The translations under genes were made by a program, and so were the position numbers. DNA of 64,000 nt from an uncultured Acidimicrobiia bacterium (GTDB taxonomy: Bacteria > Actinomycetota > Acidimicrobiia > Spongiisociales > UBA5794), in NCBI GenBank assembly GCA_963704825.1, contig CAVPHV010000017.1:234994-298993 (forward strand), in the 5' to 3' direction. This document shows, in pieces, positions 8,048 to 17,769 of the stretch. The number at the start of each line of letters is the position of its first letter. Position 1 is the first letter of the stretch. The notes beneath the pieces are model-generated. The model was not told the origin of the DNA and searched no databases. It saw nothing but the letters and a program-made list of their open reading frames with translations.

Positions 8048-8081
8048 TGCTAAGGTTCACTATTGCGATTGACTTGCAATA
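8048..8081 (+). promoter_or_regulatory. Extended -10 promoter with a Nur/Fur-family operator upstream of cbiM
   Basis: TGcTAAGGT (8048-8056); TTGCGA-N5-TTGCAA (8063-8079) inside palindrome TATTGC...GCAATA (8061-8081), abutting RBS AGGAG. Confidence 0.65.
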
Positions 8082-8090
8082 GGAGATGAT

Positions 8091-8771
8091 GTGCACATTC
8101 CGGACGGGTTCATCAACCCCGGTGTCTCCGCCGCCGCCGGCGTGGTGGCGGCCGGTGGCTTTGGCGTTGCCGTGCGTCGGGCTCGGGCCTACCTCACGGA
8201 GCGGCTTGTCCCGTTGGCGGCACTGGTCGCCGCATTTGTGTTTGCGGCCCAGATGATCAACTTTCCCGTTCTTCCCGGCATGAGCGGCCATCTCATCGGA
8301 GGAGTGCTCGCCGCCGTGCTGGTTGGCCCGGCCGCCGGCTACATCGTGATGAGCATCGTCCTGATCGTCCAGGCGCTCGTCTTCGCCGACGGCGGCCTCT
8401 CTGCCCTTGGGCTCAACATCGTGAACATGGGCCTGGTTGGAGCGGTTGGTGGCTACTACGTGTTCCGCGCCCTGATGCGGGCGACCGGAAATCGTCGCGG
8501 CCGTGTCCCGATGGTCGCCGGATTTGCCGCCTTCGTCTCGGTGCCGATGGCGGCAGTCGCCTTCGCCGTCGAGTTCGCTCTCGGCGGTACCGCCGAGAGC
8601 CTGTCGATGGGCGCCATCCTCTGGGCACTGCTCACAACCCACACCCTGATCGGGATCGGCGAGGGCCTCATCACGGCTTTGGTGCTTGGTGCGGTGATGT
8701 CCGCTCGACCCGATCTCGTGTACGGCTCGCCGAGCTTCTCCGGGCGCCGGGCCGAGGAGTCGGTCCGATGA
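8091..8771 (+). CDS. cbiM: ECF Ni/Co transporter substrate-binding component CbiM/NikM
   Basis: N-terminal MHIPDG metal-binding motif; 'QMINFP', 'SGHLIGG', 'ALGLNIVNM'. Confidence 0.93.
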   Translation: MHIPDGFINPGVSAAAGVVAAGGFGVAVRRARAYLTERLVPLAALVAAFVFAAQMINFPVLPGMSGHLIGGVLAAVLVGPAAGYIVMSIVLIVQALVFADGGLSALGLNIVNMGLVGAVGGYYVFRALMRATGNRRGRVPMVAGFAAFVSVPMAAVAFAVEFALGGTAESLSMGAILWALLTTHTLIGIGEGLITALVLGAVMSARPDLVYGSPSFSGRRAEESVR

Positions 8772-9100
8772 GTTCCGGGGGACGGCGGCGCAACGTGGCA
8801 CTGTTCGTCGGGGCCTTGGCGCTGGTTCTGGTGACTGCCGTTGGGCTCTCGCAGATTGCGTCGGATCAACCCGATGGGCTCGAGTACGTCGCCGACCAGG
8901 AAGGCTTCGCCGAGTCGGCGGATGAGCATGTCCTGGCCGAGACGCCGCTGGCCGACTACGGCGGGAATCTCGACGGAGCCGATTCGACCAACGTCGCGCT
9001 CGCCGGCCTCGTCGGGGTACTCGTCACCTTGGGCCTCGGGTTTGGAGTCTTCTGGCTCGTCCGAGCGGGTGGCACGCCACCCAAATCGGCCGGGAGTTGA
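8768..9100 (+). CDS. PDGLE-domain protein (NikN/CbiN-like)
   Basis: 'PDGLE' motif between two TM helices; overlaps the cbiM stop. Confidence 0.9.
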   Translation: MSSGGRRRNVALFVGALALVLVTAVGLSQIASDQPDGLEYVADQEGFAESADEHVLAETPLADYGGNLDGADSTNVALAGLVGVLVTLGLGFGVFWLVRAGGTPPKSAGS

Positions 9101-9101
9101 G

Positions 9102-9866
9102 GTGGCGGGCGGTCACGTCCACGCGCTCTACCGTCACGGTCACTCCGTTGTGCATCGGATGGCGCCGCAGATCAAGGTTCTCGCGGCATTTGGGTTCGTG
9201 CTCGCCGTGGTCGTCACCCCACGCGAGGCTTTCTGGGCGTTTGGCCTGTACCTCGTGGCGCTGATACTCCTCATGGCCATCACGCGACTCCCGATGCGCT
9301 TTGTCCTGCGCCGGATGGTGGTCGAGATCCCGTTCTTGGTTGTTGCCGTCATGCTCCCGTTGTTTGGATCGGGGGATCGGATCGACGTTCTAGGCGTGTC
9401 GCTGTCCGAACAAGGGCTCTGGGACATGTGGAACCTCTTGGCCAAGGCCACCCTGGGCCTGCTCACCGCCATCGTTCTCGGGGCCACCACCCAGGTACCG
9501 GACTTGCTCAAGGGGCTCGACGCCCTCCACGTTCCCGCGGTCGTCACCGCCATCATCTCGTTCATGGTTCGCTACGTCGATGTCATCCTCGGCGAGTTCT
9601 CCCGAATGCAGGTGGCGATGGCGTCGCGGGGCCACGAGGTCCGCTCGGTGATGGGGTGGCGTCCGTACGCCAAGACGTTTGGCGCAATGTTCGTGCGCAC
9701 CTACGAACGCGGCGAACGGGTCTACCTGGCGATGGCGTCGCGGGGCTACTCGGGGACCATGCCGGCGTCGATGCGAGTTCCGGCTCCGGCTCGGCAGTGG
9801 GTCGTCGGGCTGGGACTGGTCGCGGCCGCCTGGCTGGTGGCGTACGCCGCATGGGCACAGCAATGA
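9102..9866 (+). CDS. cbiQ: ECF transporter T component CbiQ/NikQ
   Basis: GTG start MAGGHVH; 'SFMVRY', 'MASRG', 'RTYERGERVYLAMASRGY'. Confidence 0.92.
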   Translation: MAGGHVHALYRHGHSVVHRMAPQIKVLAAFGFVLAVVVTPREAFWAFGLYLVALILLMAITRLPMRFVLRRMVVEIPFLVVAVMLPLFGSGDRIDVLGVSLSEQGLWDMWNLLAKATLGLLTAIVLGATTQVPDLLKGLDALHVPAVVTAIISFMVRYVDVILGEFSRMQVAMASRGHEVRSVMGWRPYAKTFGAMFVRTYERGERVYLAMASRGYSGTMPASMRVPAPARQWVVGLGLVAAAWLVAYAAWAQQ

Positions 9867-10597
9867 CGGCGCCGGTGATCGCGGTGGACGGCCTCGACTT
9901 CGTGTACCCGGACGGTACTGCGGCGCTCGAGGGGATCTACCTCCACGTTCATCGCGGCGAGCGCATCGCTTTGCTGGGACCGAACGGAGCCGGCAAGACG
10001 ACGTTGGTGCTCCACCTCAACGGCATCCACATGCCTCAGCAGGGCACGATTGATGTTTCAGGGTTGCGGCTCGATGGAGACTCGGTGATGGAGATTCGGC
10101 GACGGGTCGGCATCGTCTTCCAGGATCCCGACGATCAATTGTTCATGACGACCGTCCGCGAGGACGTCGCGTTCGGCCCCCGCAACCTCGGACTCACGGG
10201 TGACGAGCTGAGCCGGCGGGTCGCTCTTGCCTTGGCCGCGGTCGAGGTGGACGATCTTGCCGATCGGCCGCCGTCGCACCTTTCATTCGGGCAGAAACGC
10301 CGGGTGGCCATCGCCGGAGTGCTCGCCATGGACCCCGAGATCATCATCCTCGACGAGCCGACCTCGAACCTCGATCCGGCAAGCCGACGGGAGCTGTCGG
10401 CGACCCTGCAGGGCCTCGATGTGACTCAGATGATCGTCACCCACGACCTGCTGTACGCGTTGGAACTGTGTGAACGTGCGGTGATCCTCGACCGGGGGGC
10501 CATCGTCGCCGACGGGCCAACCCGGGAGTTGCTCGCCGACACCGATCTGCTCGAGCGCCATCGGCTGGCCCTCCCCACCGGAGTGCGCCTCGCATGA
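9863..10597 (+). CDS. cbiO: ECF transporter ATPase CbiO/NikO
   Basis: Walker A GPNGAGKT, 'FQDPDDQLF', 'LSFGQKRR', 'LDEPT'. Confidence 0.93.
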   Translation: MTAPVIAVDGLDFVYPDGTAALEGIYLHVHRGERIALLGPNGAGKTTLVLHLNGIHMPQQGTIDVSGLRLDGDSVMEIRRRVGIVFQDPDDQLFMTTVREDVAFGPRNLGLTGDELSRRVALALAAVEVDDLADRPPSHLSFGQKRRVAIAGVLAMDPEIIILDEPTSNLDPASRRELSATLQGLDVTQMIVTHDLLYALELCERAVILDRGAIVADGPTRELLADTDLLERHRLALPTGVRLA

Positions 10598-10649
10598 CGT
10601 TCCGGCGTGGCTGAGGTACCAGAAAACGCGCTCGAGCCACGCCGGAACG
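10598..10649. repeat. REP-like palindromic element, family A copy 1 (inverted relative to other copies)
   Basis: 15-bp arms CGTTCCGGCGTGGCT/AGCCACGCCGGAACG; reverse complement matches the elements at 35275 and 41240. Confidence 0.85.
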
Positions 10650-10650
10650 G

Positions 10651-10998
10651 TCAGTCGCAGGGTCCGTCGCTCTGGGCGACCTCGAGGACTTTGCGCACCG
10701 ATCTTCCGGCGTCCAGCCAGCCCAGCGGCGACATCGTGGCAAGCATTGGGTGCGGCCTTGCCAGCCAATCGGCGATGGCGATGTCGTCGTGGTCGGTCTT
10801 GAGCGCTCCAACAACTTCTGCCACTTCGGGACGAATCCCGGCGGCGCCGAATTGGAACTCGAAATACGCCTCGGGGAGCCAGATGCTGGTAACGCGCAAC
10901 AAGTCGTGCCGCGCCAGCAACGACCGGCCGCGCAGATCCGCCTGGTTTGCGGCGGCGGATCTGGTCAGGAAAGGCCCAAGGAGCACGCGTTCTGTCAT
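10651..10998 (-). CDS. Hypothetical protein, possibly Rv2175c-like or Xre/MbcA-ParS antitoxin C-terminal domain
   Basis: 115 aa from MTERVLL; 'YFEFQF', 'IADWLARPHPMLATMSPLGWLDAG' resembles the MbcA/ParS C-terminal motif. Confidence 0.55.
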   Translation of the reverse strand: MTERVLLGPFLTRSAAANQADLRGRSLLARHDLLRVTSIWLPEAYFEFQFGAAGIRPEVAEVVGALKTDHDDIAIADWLARPHPMLATMSPLGWLDAGRSVRKVLEVAQSDGPCD

Positions 10999-11037
10999 CA
11001 CTACCCAACTACCGGGACCTGTCTGGTGCCGGTCCAT

Positions 11038-11090
11038 ATTGCAGGGTGCGCATTCGACGACCTCCGAGACAGGGGCGAACGCCCTGCAAT
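11038..11090. repeat. Imperfect intergenic hairpin
   Basis: ATTGCAGGG (11038-11046)/CCCTGCAAT (11082-11090) with inner GCG/CGC and TTCG/CGAA pairing. Confidence 0.45.
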
Positions 11091-11121
11091 GTGTACCGGC
11101 AGACCCTTGAGAAGGGGAGGC

Positions 11122-11283
11122 TCAGTCGCGCCCTAGCGGGGCCTGAGCTTCCCTTTCGTGGTCGACGTAGTGACTGCCGCTGACGTCGATCACCACCCGG
11201 TCAATGATTCCGCCGGTGGACTCAAACGGTGCAGCGTAGTCCGGAGACACCGGTGGCAAGCTGTCATCTCCGTCGAGGGCATG
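11122..11283 (-). pseudogene. Remnant of an arylsulfatase C-terminal tail
   Basis: Reads 'DSLPPVSPDYAAPFESTGGIIDRVVIDVSGSHYVDHEREAQAPLGRD*', like the end of large actinobacterial arylsulfatases; no catalytic domain upstream. Confidence 0.55.
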
Positions 11284-11312
11284 CCTCCCGGGAATCCGCC
11301 GTGGGCGGAGCT

Positions 11313-12029
11313 TCAGCCGACGCGCGGATCGTCTGCAAGCCGTTGCTCCACCAAGACAACGACGGCGGCCGCGATGTCCTGGTATGAGACCGTTGCCGTG
11401 TTGAACGTCGCGTCGTAGTTGGTCGGGTCGCCGACGTCGATCTGGAAGTTGATCTTGAGGAGCCGGGCCCGGTGGGTGTCTCGCTTCTTCATGAGAACGC
11501 GAGCCGCTCGTTCGTTGAGATCGTGGATCTCCATCAACCGGTGGACCCGATGGTCCTCGGGGGCGACAAGGCGGAGGGCAACCCCGTAGGGCATCCCTTT
11601 GGTCACCTGGGACCCGCCCCGGCCGACAATGACGGCCTTGCCGAGAGTGGCCAACGCCCGTACGACTCGAAAGACCCGATTCATCACAACATCCTGGTGG
11701 AGCTGCGTGCCCATCATCTGGCGGAAGAACTCGTCGGTCCGCGAGCGGTACTCCTCCTCCTGCATTGCATCGATCGACGATGCATAGCGCGGGTCCTCGG
11801 CGACGATCTCGCACAATCGTTGGTCGAACACCTTCCAGCCGCCGAAGAGGTCGCGGTCGTCGTGATGGGCGAACGCTTCGAGGAGGGCATCGGCCAGGGA
11901 GTGGCCGCCGGCCCCGGCTTGGCGGGAGATGGTGATGAACGGCTGGGGTCGTGGCTCAGTTGTGCGCTGAGCCTCCTCGGCGGCCATCTGCGCCCTGATG
12001 AAGAGGTCGATGCCCTCGATGTGTCTCAT
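11313..12029 (-). CDS. Cytidylate kinase-like family protein
   Basis: 'ITISRQAGAGG' degenerate P-loop, 'VIVGRGG', 'DPTNYDATFNT'. Confidence 0.85.
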   Translation of the reverse strand: MRHIEGIDLFIRAQMAAEEAQRTTEPRPQPFITISRQAGAGGHSLADALLEAFAHHDDRDLFGGWKVFDQRLCEIVAEDPRYASSIDAMQEEEYRSRTDEFFRQMMGTQLHQDVVMNRVFRVVRALATLGKAVIVGRGGSQVTKGMPYGVALRLVAPEDHRVHRLMEIHDLNERAARVLMKKRDTHRARLLKINFQIDVGDPTNYDATFNTATVSYQDIAAAVVVLVEQRLADDPRVG

Positions 12030-12104
12030 GGCGACTCCACGACACCACAGGCGTCGCTCGCCCACCAGGGTCGGGAGGCCCTTACTGTGGCGGCCTTGGT
12101 CCGG

Positions 12105-12950
12105 TCAGGGGCGGGGCGGGCCCTCCATCACTCGCGCCAGCCATTCTTCGGGACTTCCCGCCGTCCCCGGGATCCATCCCTCACGCCACCAGGTAGCGCC
12201 GGCGTCTTCGAGTGCAGCGAGGTAGTCGCCGTGGCGGTCGTCCTCATCGAGGGCCGCCCCGCCGGGAGCGACATCGAAGTGGTGATCGGACTCGCGGTGC
12301 GCCTTGACGTAGGCCACGATCTCGGCCAGCACACCGGCCGTCATCGGCTCGAACTCGTAGCCGTCTGAGATGATCGGGACGACGCCGTCCCAACAGGCGG
12401 CCCGCCGGAAGGGCCGTCGTTTCGGCCACATCCCGGCTACCCAGATTGGGATGCGTGGTTTCTGGACCGGAGTCGGCAGGAACGTGACCGGCTCGACCTG
12501 GTAGTGGTCGCCCTCAAACGAGAACAACTCGCCGCTCCACAAGCCGGTAAGGACGGTGAGGCCTTCGTCGAGCATGTCCGCCCTGGTGCGCAGATCAACC
12601 TCGCCGTGGAACCGGGTGAACTCTGGGTCTGTCGGCCACCCGAGTCCGACGCCGAGGATGAAACGACCCTGGGACAGGAGGTCAATGCTCACGGTCTCGC
12701 GCGCCAGCTTCCAGGGGTGGCGGCGGGGGATCGGCGTGACCATCGGCATCAGCGTGATTCGCTCGGTCACGGTCGCGGCGGCAGCGAGCGAGATCCACGG
12801 ATCGGCAACCTCGGCTCCGTCCCACACGATGATGTGGTCCCAGATCGAGAGGCCGTCCCAGCCGACGTCTTCGATTCTGCGGGCAAACTCGGCAACTTCG
12901 CCGGGATCCGACCACGGGCCGAAATTGGGGATGTCGACCGCATACTTCAT
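12105..12950 (-). CDS. LLM-class flavin-dependent oxidoreductase
   Basis: 'GLSIWDH', 'DPWISLAAAATVTERI', 'RRHPWKLARETVSIDLLSQGRFILGVGLG'. Confidence 0.9.
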   Translation of the reverse strand: MKYAVDIPNFGPWSDPGEVAEFARRIEDVGWDGLSIWDHIIVWDGAEVADPWISLAAAATVTERITLMPMVTPIPRRHPWKLARETVSIDLLSQGRFILGVGLGWPTDPEFTRFHGEVDLRTRADMLDEGLTVLTGLWSGELFSFEGDHYQVEPVTFLPTPVQKPRIPIWVAGMWPKRRPFRRAACWDGVVPIISDGYEFEPMTAGVLAEIVAYVKAHRESDHHFDVAPGGAALDEDDRHGDYLAALEDAGATWWREGWIPGTAGSPEEWLARVMEGPPRP

Positions 12951-12978
12951 GGAGTCACCGCCTTGTCGAGGGTCGCGA

Positions 12979-14358
12979 TCATGTCATTGGTTCAAACCGC
13001 GCGGTGAAGTGCCGCAGCCATGGGGCCTGTTCGACGATCCGGTAACCGCGCAGCGATTCGGCTCTCGCGGCCACGGCGATGACGACTTCGCCGACGAAGT
13101 CGATGTGACTCTGGGTGTAGGTTCGCCGCGGGATGGCGAGGCGCACCAGTTCCATGGCCGCCGCCTCGTCGGGTTCGCCGGCCCGGGTCCGCCCAAACAT
13201 GACGGTTCCGATCTCGACGCCGCGTACTCCGCCCTCCCGGTACAACTCAACGGCGAGCGACTGCGCCGGATACTCGTGCGGCGGAATGTGGGGAAGGAAT
13301 GCCTTGGCGTCGAGGTAGACGGCGTGGCCGCCGGGAGGTCGCACGATGGGGACGCCCGCCCCGAGCACCTTCTCGGCGAGGTACTCAGTCGATCGGATCC
13401 GGTATCTGAGGTAGTCCTCGTCGAGTACTTCCTCGAGACCTTGAGCGATCGCTTCGAGGTCGTAGCCGGCTAATCCGCCGTAGGTAGGGAACCCCTCGGT
13501 CAGGATGAGCAGATTGCGACAGCCTGCGGCCACCTCGGGATCATTGAGCGCCACAAAACCACCGATGTTGGCCAGGCCGTCCTTCTTCGCCGACATCGTG
13601 CAGCCGTCGGCAATGGAGAACATCTCGCGGGCGATCTCCTCGGGTGTCTTGTCCGCGTATCCCGGTTCGCGCAGTCTGATGAACCAGGCGTTCTCGGCGA
13701 AGCGGCAGGCGTCGAGGAAGAGGGGGATCCCGTACTCGTCGCAGACGGCGCGCACCTCGCGCAGGTTCTGCATCGAAACCGGTTGGCCGCCACCTGAGTT
13801 GTTGGTGACGGTGACCATCACCATCGGAATCCGCTCGCGGCCGACGTCTTCGATGGTCGCCCGCAACGCGGCTACGTCCATGTTGCCCTTGAAGGGGAGC
13901 ACGGTCGCCGGGTCGGTCCCCCCCGGGATGACCAAGTCGCGGGCCTCCGCCCCCTGATACTCGACGTTGGCCCTGGTCGTGTCGAAGTGGGTGTTGTTGG
14001 GTACCACGTCGCCGGCCTTGACGGTGACCGAGAACAGGATGCGCTCCGCGGCTCTGCCCTGATGGGTCGGGATGATCTCGTCGAAACCGGTGAGATTCTT
14101 CACCGCCTCCTCGAAGCGGTAGAACGAGCGACTGCCGGCGTACGACTCATCGCCGACCATCATCCCGGCCCACTGCTTGGCCGACATGGCCCCGGTACCC
14201 GAGTCGGTCAGCAGGTCGATGATGACTTCCTCGGCGTGGAGTCCGAACAGGTTGTAGCCGGCCCGTTGCAGGGCGGCTTCTCGTTGCTCCGGGGTTGGGA
14301 AGTCGATGGCCTGCGTGCTGTGGATCTTGAATGGCTCGATGATCGTGCGGTACGGCAA
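12979..14358 (-). CDS. tnaA: Tryptophanase (PLP beta-eliminating lyase)
   Basis: 'DLLTDSGTGAMS', 'THQGRAAE', PLP Lys in 'MSAKKD'; HFDTT (Asp) and LRHF (His) match tryptophanase, whereas TPL has FTTT and LRFF. Confidence 0.88.
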   Translation of the reverse strand: MPYRTIIEPFKIHSTQAIDFPTPEQREAALQRAGYNLFGLHAEEVIIDLLTDSGTGAMSAKQWAGMMVGDESYAGSRSFYRFEEAVKNLTGFDEIIPTHQGRAAERILFSVTVKAGDVVPNNTHFDTTRANVEYQGAEARDLVIPGGTDPATVLPFKGNMDVAALRATIEDVGRERIPMVMVTVTNNSGGGQPVSMQNLREVRAVCDEYGIPLFLDACRFAENAWFIRLREPGYADKTPEEIAREMFSIADGCTMSAKKDGLANIGGFVALNDPEVAAGCRNLLILTEGFPTYGGLAGYDLEAIAQGLEEVLDEDYLRYRIRSTEYLAEKVLGAGVPIVRPPGGHAVYLDAKAFLPHIPPHEYPAQSLAVELYREGGVRGVEIGTVMFGRTRAGEPDEAAAMELVRLAIPRRTYTQSHIDFVGEVVIAVAARAESLRGYRIVEQAPWLRHFTARFEPMT

Positions 14359-14444
14359 TGGGGTCCGTCCTTCCTGCGTCCAGCAACGAGTCTGCCAGGT
14401 CCGGCGGTGTCATGAACAGGGCATCTGGACCCTGCTCGACTATC

Positions 14445-14474
14445 GATGGGGCGGCCCCGAAGGGCCGCCCCATC
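14445..14474 (-). terminator. Intrinsic terminator-like hairpin
   Basis: Perfect 13-bp stem GATGGGGCGGCCC/GGGCCGCCCCATC with a C(UUCG)G loop on the minus strand, 24 nt after the stop at 14499. Confidence 0.8.
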
Positions 14475-14498
14475 AGATTGGACTGCAAGGTCGTGCCG

Positions 14499-15752
14499 TT
14501 ACCGGCGGGGGAAGCCGCCCTTGGTGACGTCGATCCAGACCAGTCGATGGTCGGAGCTCACCGCGGGGAAGCCCGGTCCGGTGAGATAGAAGTACGGATC
14601 GTCGCTGGTGGGCCAGAAGATACCGGCATCAACCAGCTTCAGCGATCGGCTTGGCAGCACGTAGTCTGCTCGCAGGTTGCCGGGTCCACCGAACGCAGCC
14701 TCGGAGAAGTCCGCCGTGTCGAAGGCGGGATCACCGAGGTGGGTGTCGTTGGGTGGGCCCTGGCCCACCATCTCGACGCCGCCGGCGCTTGCCGGCGTGA
14801 TCTTGGTGTTGACCTTCGGGCTGTCGAGCAATTGCTGGGGAGCTCCGGGGATCGAGTCGCCGTCAAAGGGATCGGCGTTCTGGTCTCCTGCGATCACGAA
14901 CAAGGCACCGGGCCACAGGCCGCCACGACGACCGTTGTCGTCGTAGATGTAGCGGCTGTGCTTGCCACCACGGATGTAATCGGCCCAGAATCTGATCTCG
15001 TCGAAGTTGCGGGTTCCGTTGCGATCCTCGGGCCCGTCGAACACCGGCGGGGTCGGATGGCTGGTGAGGAAGTGGACGGTCTTCTGACCGATCCGAACTG
15101 GGATGTCCCAGTGGCTCTTCGAGGAGAGTCGGAAGATCTCGAGGTCACCTTCGTCGTAGTAGGACGCCCCGGTGTCGGGAACAACCGGCAGCATGGCGCC
15201 GGGCATGTCCTTCCACAGGAAGTCCTGGAACGTGCGAACCGAACTCTCCCTGATGTCGTACCTGGAGAACACGGCCATGCCGTATTGGCCGGGGAACTCG
15301 CCAAAGCCGAAGGCGTCACCCGGTCCGCCGATGACGCCATCCTTGTCGAGATCCCGGCCGGATTGGATCCCGGTATTTGATTCGGCGGCAAAAGTATGCG
15401 GGTAGTGGATTGGCCTGGCACCATTCTGGGACACGCTCAGGTAGTTCTCCTGGAATAGTGCCATGGCCCTACCGGCCGAGTCGTAGTCGAACTCGTTGAC
15501 GAGGAGAACGTCGGGGCGGGTCCGCTGGATGATCTCAGCCACCGCTCGGGCTTGCTGATCGTCCGGCGTAGAGAGGTCCTCGATCAAGTCGCCCAAGTTG
15601 CTGCGATTGAGCGAGGCGTTGAAGGTGGCGAACCGGGCGGCGCGTTCTTCGTGGCCCCGCTTCGCTTGGGCGGGCATGACAACGGACACCACCATCAGTG
15701 CGGCCACGAGTGCCATCAAGGTCATCCGTCCAAAGTGACGTCGCCGGTGCAT
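14499..15752 (-). CDS. Secreted endonuclease/exonuclease/phosphatase family protein
   Basis: Signal peptide; 'ATFNASL', '[10 protein letters not shown]', 'SHPTPP', 'GDQNAD', 'RADYVL', 'SDH'. Confidence 0.9.
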   Translation of the reverse strand: MHRRRHFGRMTLMALVAALMVVSVVMPAQAKRGHEERAARFATFNASLNRSNLGDLIEDLSTPDDQQARAVAEIIQRTRPDVLLVNEFDYDSAGRAMALFQENYLSVSQNGARPIHYPHTFAAESNTGIQSGRDLDKDGVIGGPGDAFGFGEFPGQYGMAVFSRYDIRESSVRTFQDFLWKDMPGAMLPVVPDTGASYYDEGDLEIFRLSSKSHWDIPVRIGQKTVHFLTSHPTPPVFDGPEDRNGTRNFDEIRFWADYIRGGKHSRYIYDDNGRRGGLWPGALFVIAGDQNADPFDGDSIPGAPQQLLDSPKVNTKITPASAGGVEMVGQGPPNDTHLGDPAFDTADFSEAAFGGPGNLRADYVLPSRSLKLVDAGIFWPTSDDPYFYLTGPGFPAVSSDHRLVWIDVTKGGFPRR

Positions 15753-15900
15753 GAGCTCCCCCTTCAGGTGCTTGCCGATCTACCCATACTCTCGCGCATG
15801 CGGGTGCCCTGTGGGGGACCAAAATTCGCGATCGGCAGTTCGCTCGCCGCCGCACGTACCGCGCCCGGTATCCTTGGGGTATCGCCATCCCCGGAGCTTC

Positions 15901-17769
15901 ATGTCTGAGTTTCTCACCGACCAGGACGTCTACCTCTTCAACGAGGGCACCAACTACCGCATGTGGGAGCATCTCGGCTCGCACCTCGTCGGTGAGGGCG
16001 CCCACTTTGCGGTGTGGGCGCCAAACGCGAGTCGCGCCTCGGTGATCGGCGACTTCAACGGGTGGGATCCCTCCCGTGGTGACCTCTTTCCGAGCGAGTC
16101 GGGCATCTGGCGAGGTCACCTTCCCGAGGCGCACAAGGGCAACACCTACAAGTACCGCTTGGAGGGCCCAAACGGCGGCGTGATGGAAAAGGCGGATCCC
16201 TACGCCTTCACAGCTGAGGTGCCGCCGAAGACCGCATCCGTGGTGTGGGATCTCGACTACCAGTGGGGCGACGCGGACTGGATGGCGAGCCGTCACGAAC
16301 GTAATGGCCATGACTCCCCAATATCGATCTACGAGTTCCATCTTGGGTCGTGGCGCAAGAAGAGCCGAGCGGAGTCGTATTCGTATCGTGAGTTGGCGCC
16401 GCTGCTGGCCGACTACATGAACGAGATGGGTTTCACCCATGTCGAGATGTTGCCCGTCACCGAACATCCCTTCTACCCGTCCTGGGGTTATCAGACGACC
16501 GGCTACTTCGCTCCTACCAGCCGCTTCGGTACCCCCCAGGACTTCATGAACTTCGTTGACACCCTGCACCAGGCCGGCATCGGAATCCTGCTCGACTGGG
16601 TGCCATCCCACTTCGCCACCGACCCCCACGGGTTGGGCAGTTTTGACGGGACCGCGCTCTACGAGCATGCCGATCCCCGGCTTGGCTGGCACCCCGACTG
16701 GAACAGCGCCATCTTCAACTACGGCCGCAACGAGGTCCGCAGCTTCCTGCTTTCGAGTGCGAACTTCTGGATGGACATCTACCACATCGACGGGCTCAGG
16801 GTCGATGCGGTCGCTTCGATGCTGTACCTGGACTACTCGCGCAAGGAGGGCGAGTGGATCCCCAATGTCCATGGTGGCAACGAGAATCTCGACGCGATCT
16901 CGCTCCTGCGCCAGCTCAACATCGATGTCTATGGCGCCCACTCTGGGGTCCTGACCGTGGCCGAAGAGTCGACGGCATGGCCCGGGGTTTCGAAGCCGGT
17001 CGAAGCCGGTGGTCTCGGTTTCGGCTTCAAGTGGGACATGGGGTGGATGCACGACACCCTCGCCTATTTCCAGCGTGAGCCGGTCCACCGCGCCTACCAC
17101 CAGGACGACCTCACCTTCCGCGGCCTATACCAGTACGACGAGAACTTCATCCTGTCACTGAGCCACGACGAGGTGGTTCACGGCAAGGGCTCGCTGATCA
17201 ACAAGATGCCTGGAGATGAGTGGCAGCAGTACGCCAACCTGCGGGCTCTCTACGGCTATATGTACTCGCTGCCCGGCAAGAAACTGCTCTTCATGGGCGG
17301 CGAGTTGGGGCAGCGTTCTGAATGGAGCGTCGACCGCGGTCTCGACTGGCACGTTGTCGACTACGACCACCATGCCGGCGTGCAGCGCTGGGTCGCAGAC
17401 CTCAATCGGGTGTATCAAGAGTCGGACGCGTTGTGGGCAGAGGACTACAACCCCGAGGGCATGGAGTGGATCGACGCTTCGGATGCAGCCGCCAGCGTTC
17501 TCTCCTACGCCCGCTTGGCGGGAGATCACAAGATGATCGTCGTCGGCAACTTCACGCCGCTGTTGCGTGAGGGGTATCGGGTCGGCGTCGACCTGCCGGG
17601 GACCTGGGAGGTCGTTCTCAATTCAGACAACGTCGAGTACTGGGGATCCGGCGCAGGGACGACGGGTACGGTTCCGGTCGACGACGTTCCGATGCACGGC
17701 AGGGATCGTTCGCTGCTGCTCGATCTGCCGCCGCTTGGCGTGCTCTACCTGCGCCGGGTCAACTCGTAG
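15901..17769 (+). CDS. glgB: 1,4-alpha-glucan branching enzyme (GH13)
   Basis: 'FAVWAPNA', 'SWGYQ', 'DWVPSHF', '[11 protein letters not shown]', 'AEEST', 'KWDMGWMHD', 'SHDEVVHGK'. Confidence 0.95.
   Translation: MSEFLTDQDVYLFNEGTNYRMWEHLGSHLVGEGAHFAVWAPNASRASVIGDFNGWDPSRGDLFPSESGIWRGHLPEAHKGNTYKYRLEGPNGGVMEKADPYAFTAEVPPKTASVVWDLDYQWGDADWMASRHERNGHDSPISIYEFHLGSWRKKSRAESYSYRELAPLLADYMNEMGFTHVEMLPVTEHPFYPSWGYQTTGYFAPTSRFGTPQDFMNFVDTLHQAGIGILLDWVPSHFATDPHGLGSFDGTALYEHADPRLGWHPDWNSAIFNYGRNEVRSFLLSSANFWMDIYHIDGLRVDAVASMLYLDYSRKEGEWIPNVHGGNENLDAISLLRQLNIDVYGAHSGVLTVAEESTAWPGVSKPVEAGGLGFGFKWDMGWMHDTLAYFQREPVHRAYHQDDLTFRGLYQYDENFILSLSHDEVVHGKGSLINKMPGDEWQQYANLRALYGYMYSLPGKKLLFMGGELGQRSEWSVDRGLDWHVVDYDHHAGVQRWVADLNRVYQESDALWAEDYNPEGMEWIDASDAAASVLSYARLAGDHKMIVVGNFTPLLREGYRVGVDLPGTWEVVLNSDNVEYWGSGAGTTGTVPVDDVPMHGRDRSLLLDLPPLGVLYLRRVNS

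Noticed and set aside
7953-8090. Cobalamin riboswitch upstream of cbiM
   Set aside because: The gap is only about 140 nt, I saw no B12-box, and a Nur-like operator explains the region.
12979-14358. Tyrosine phenol-lyase (tpl)
   Set aside because: Specificity positions (FDTT, LRHF) match tryptophanase.
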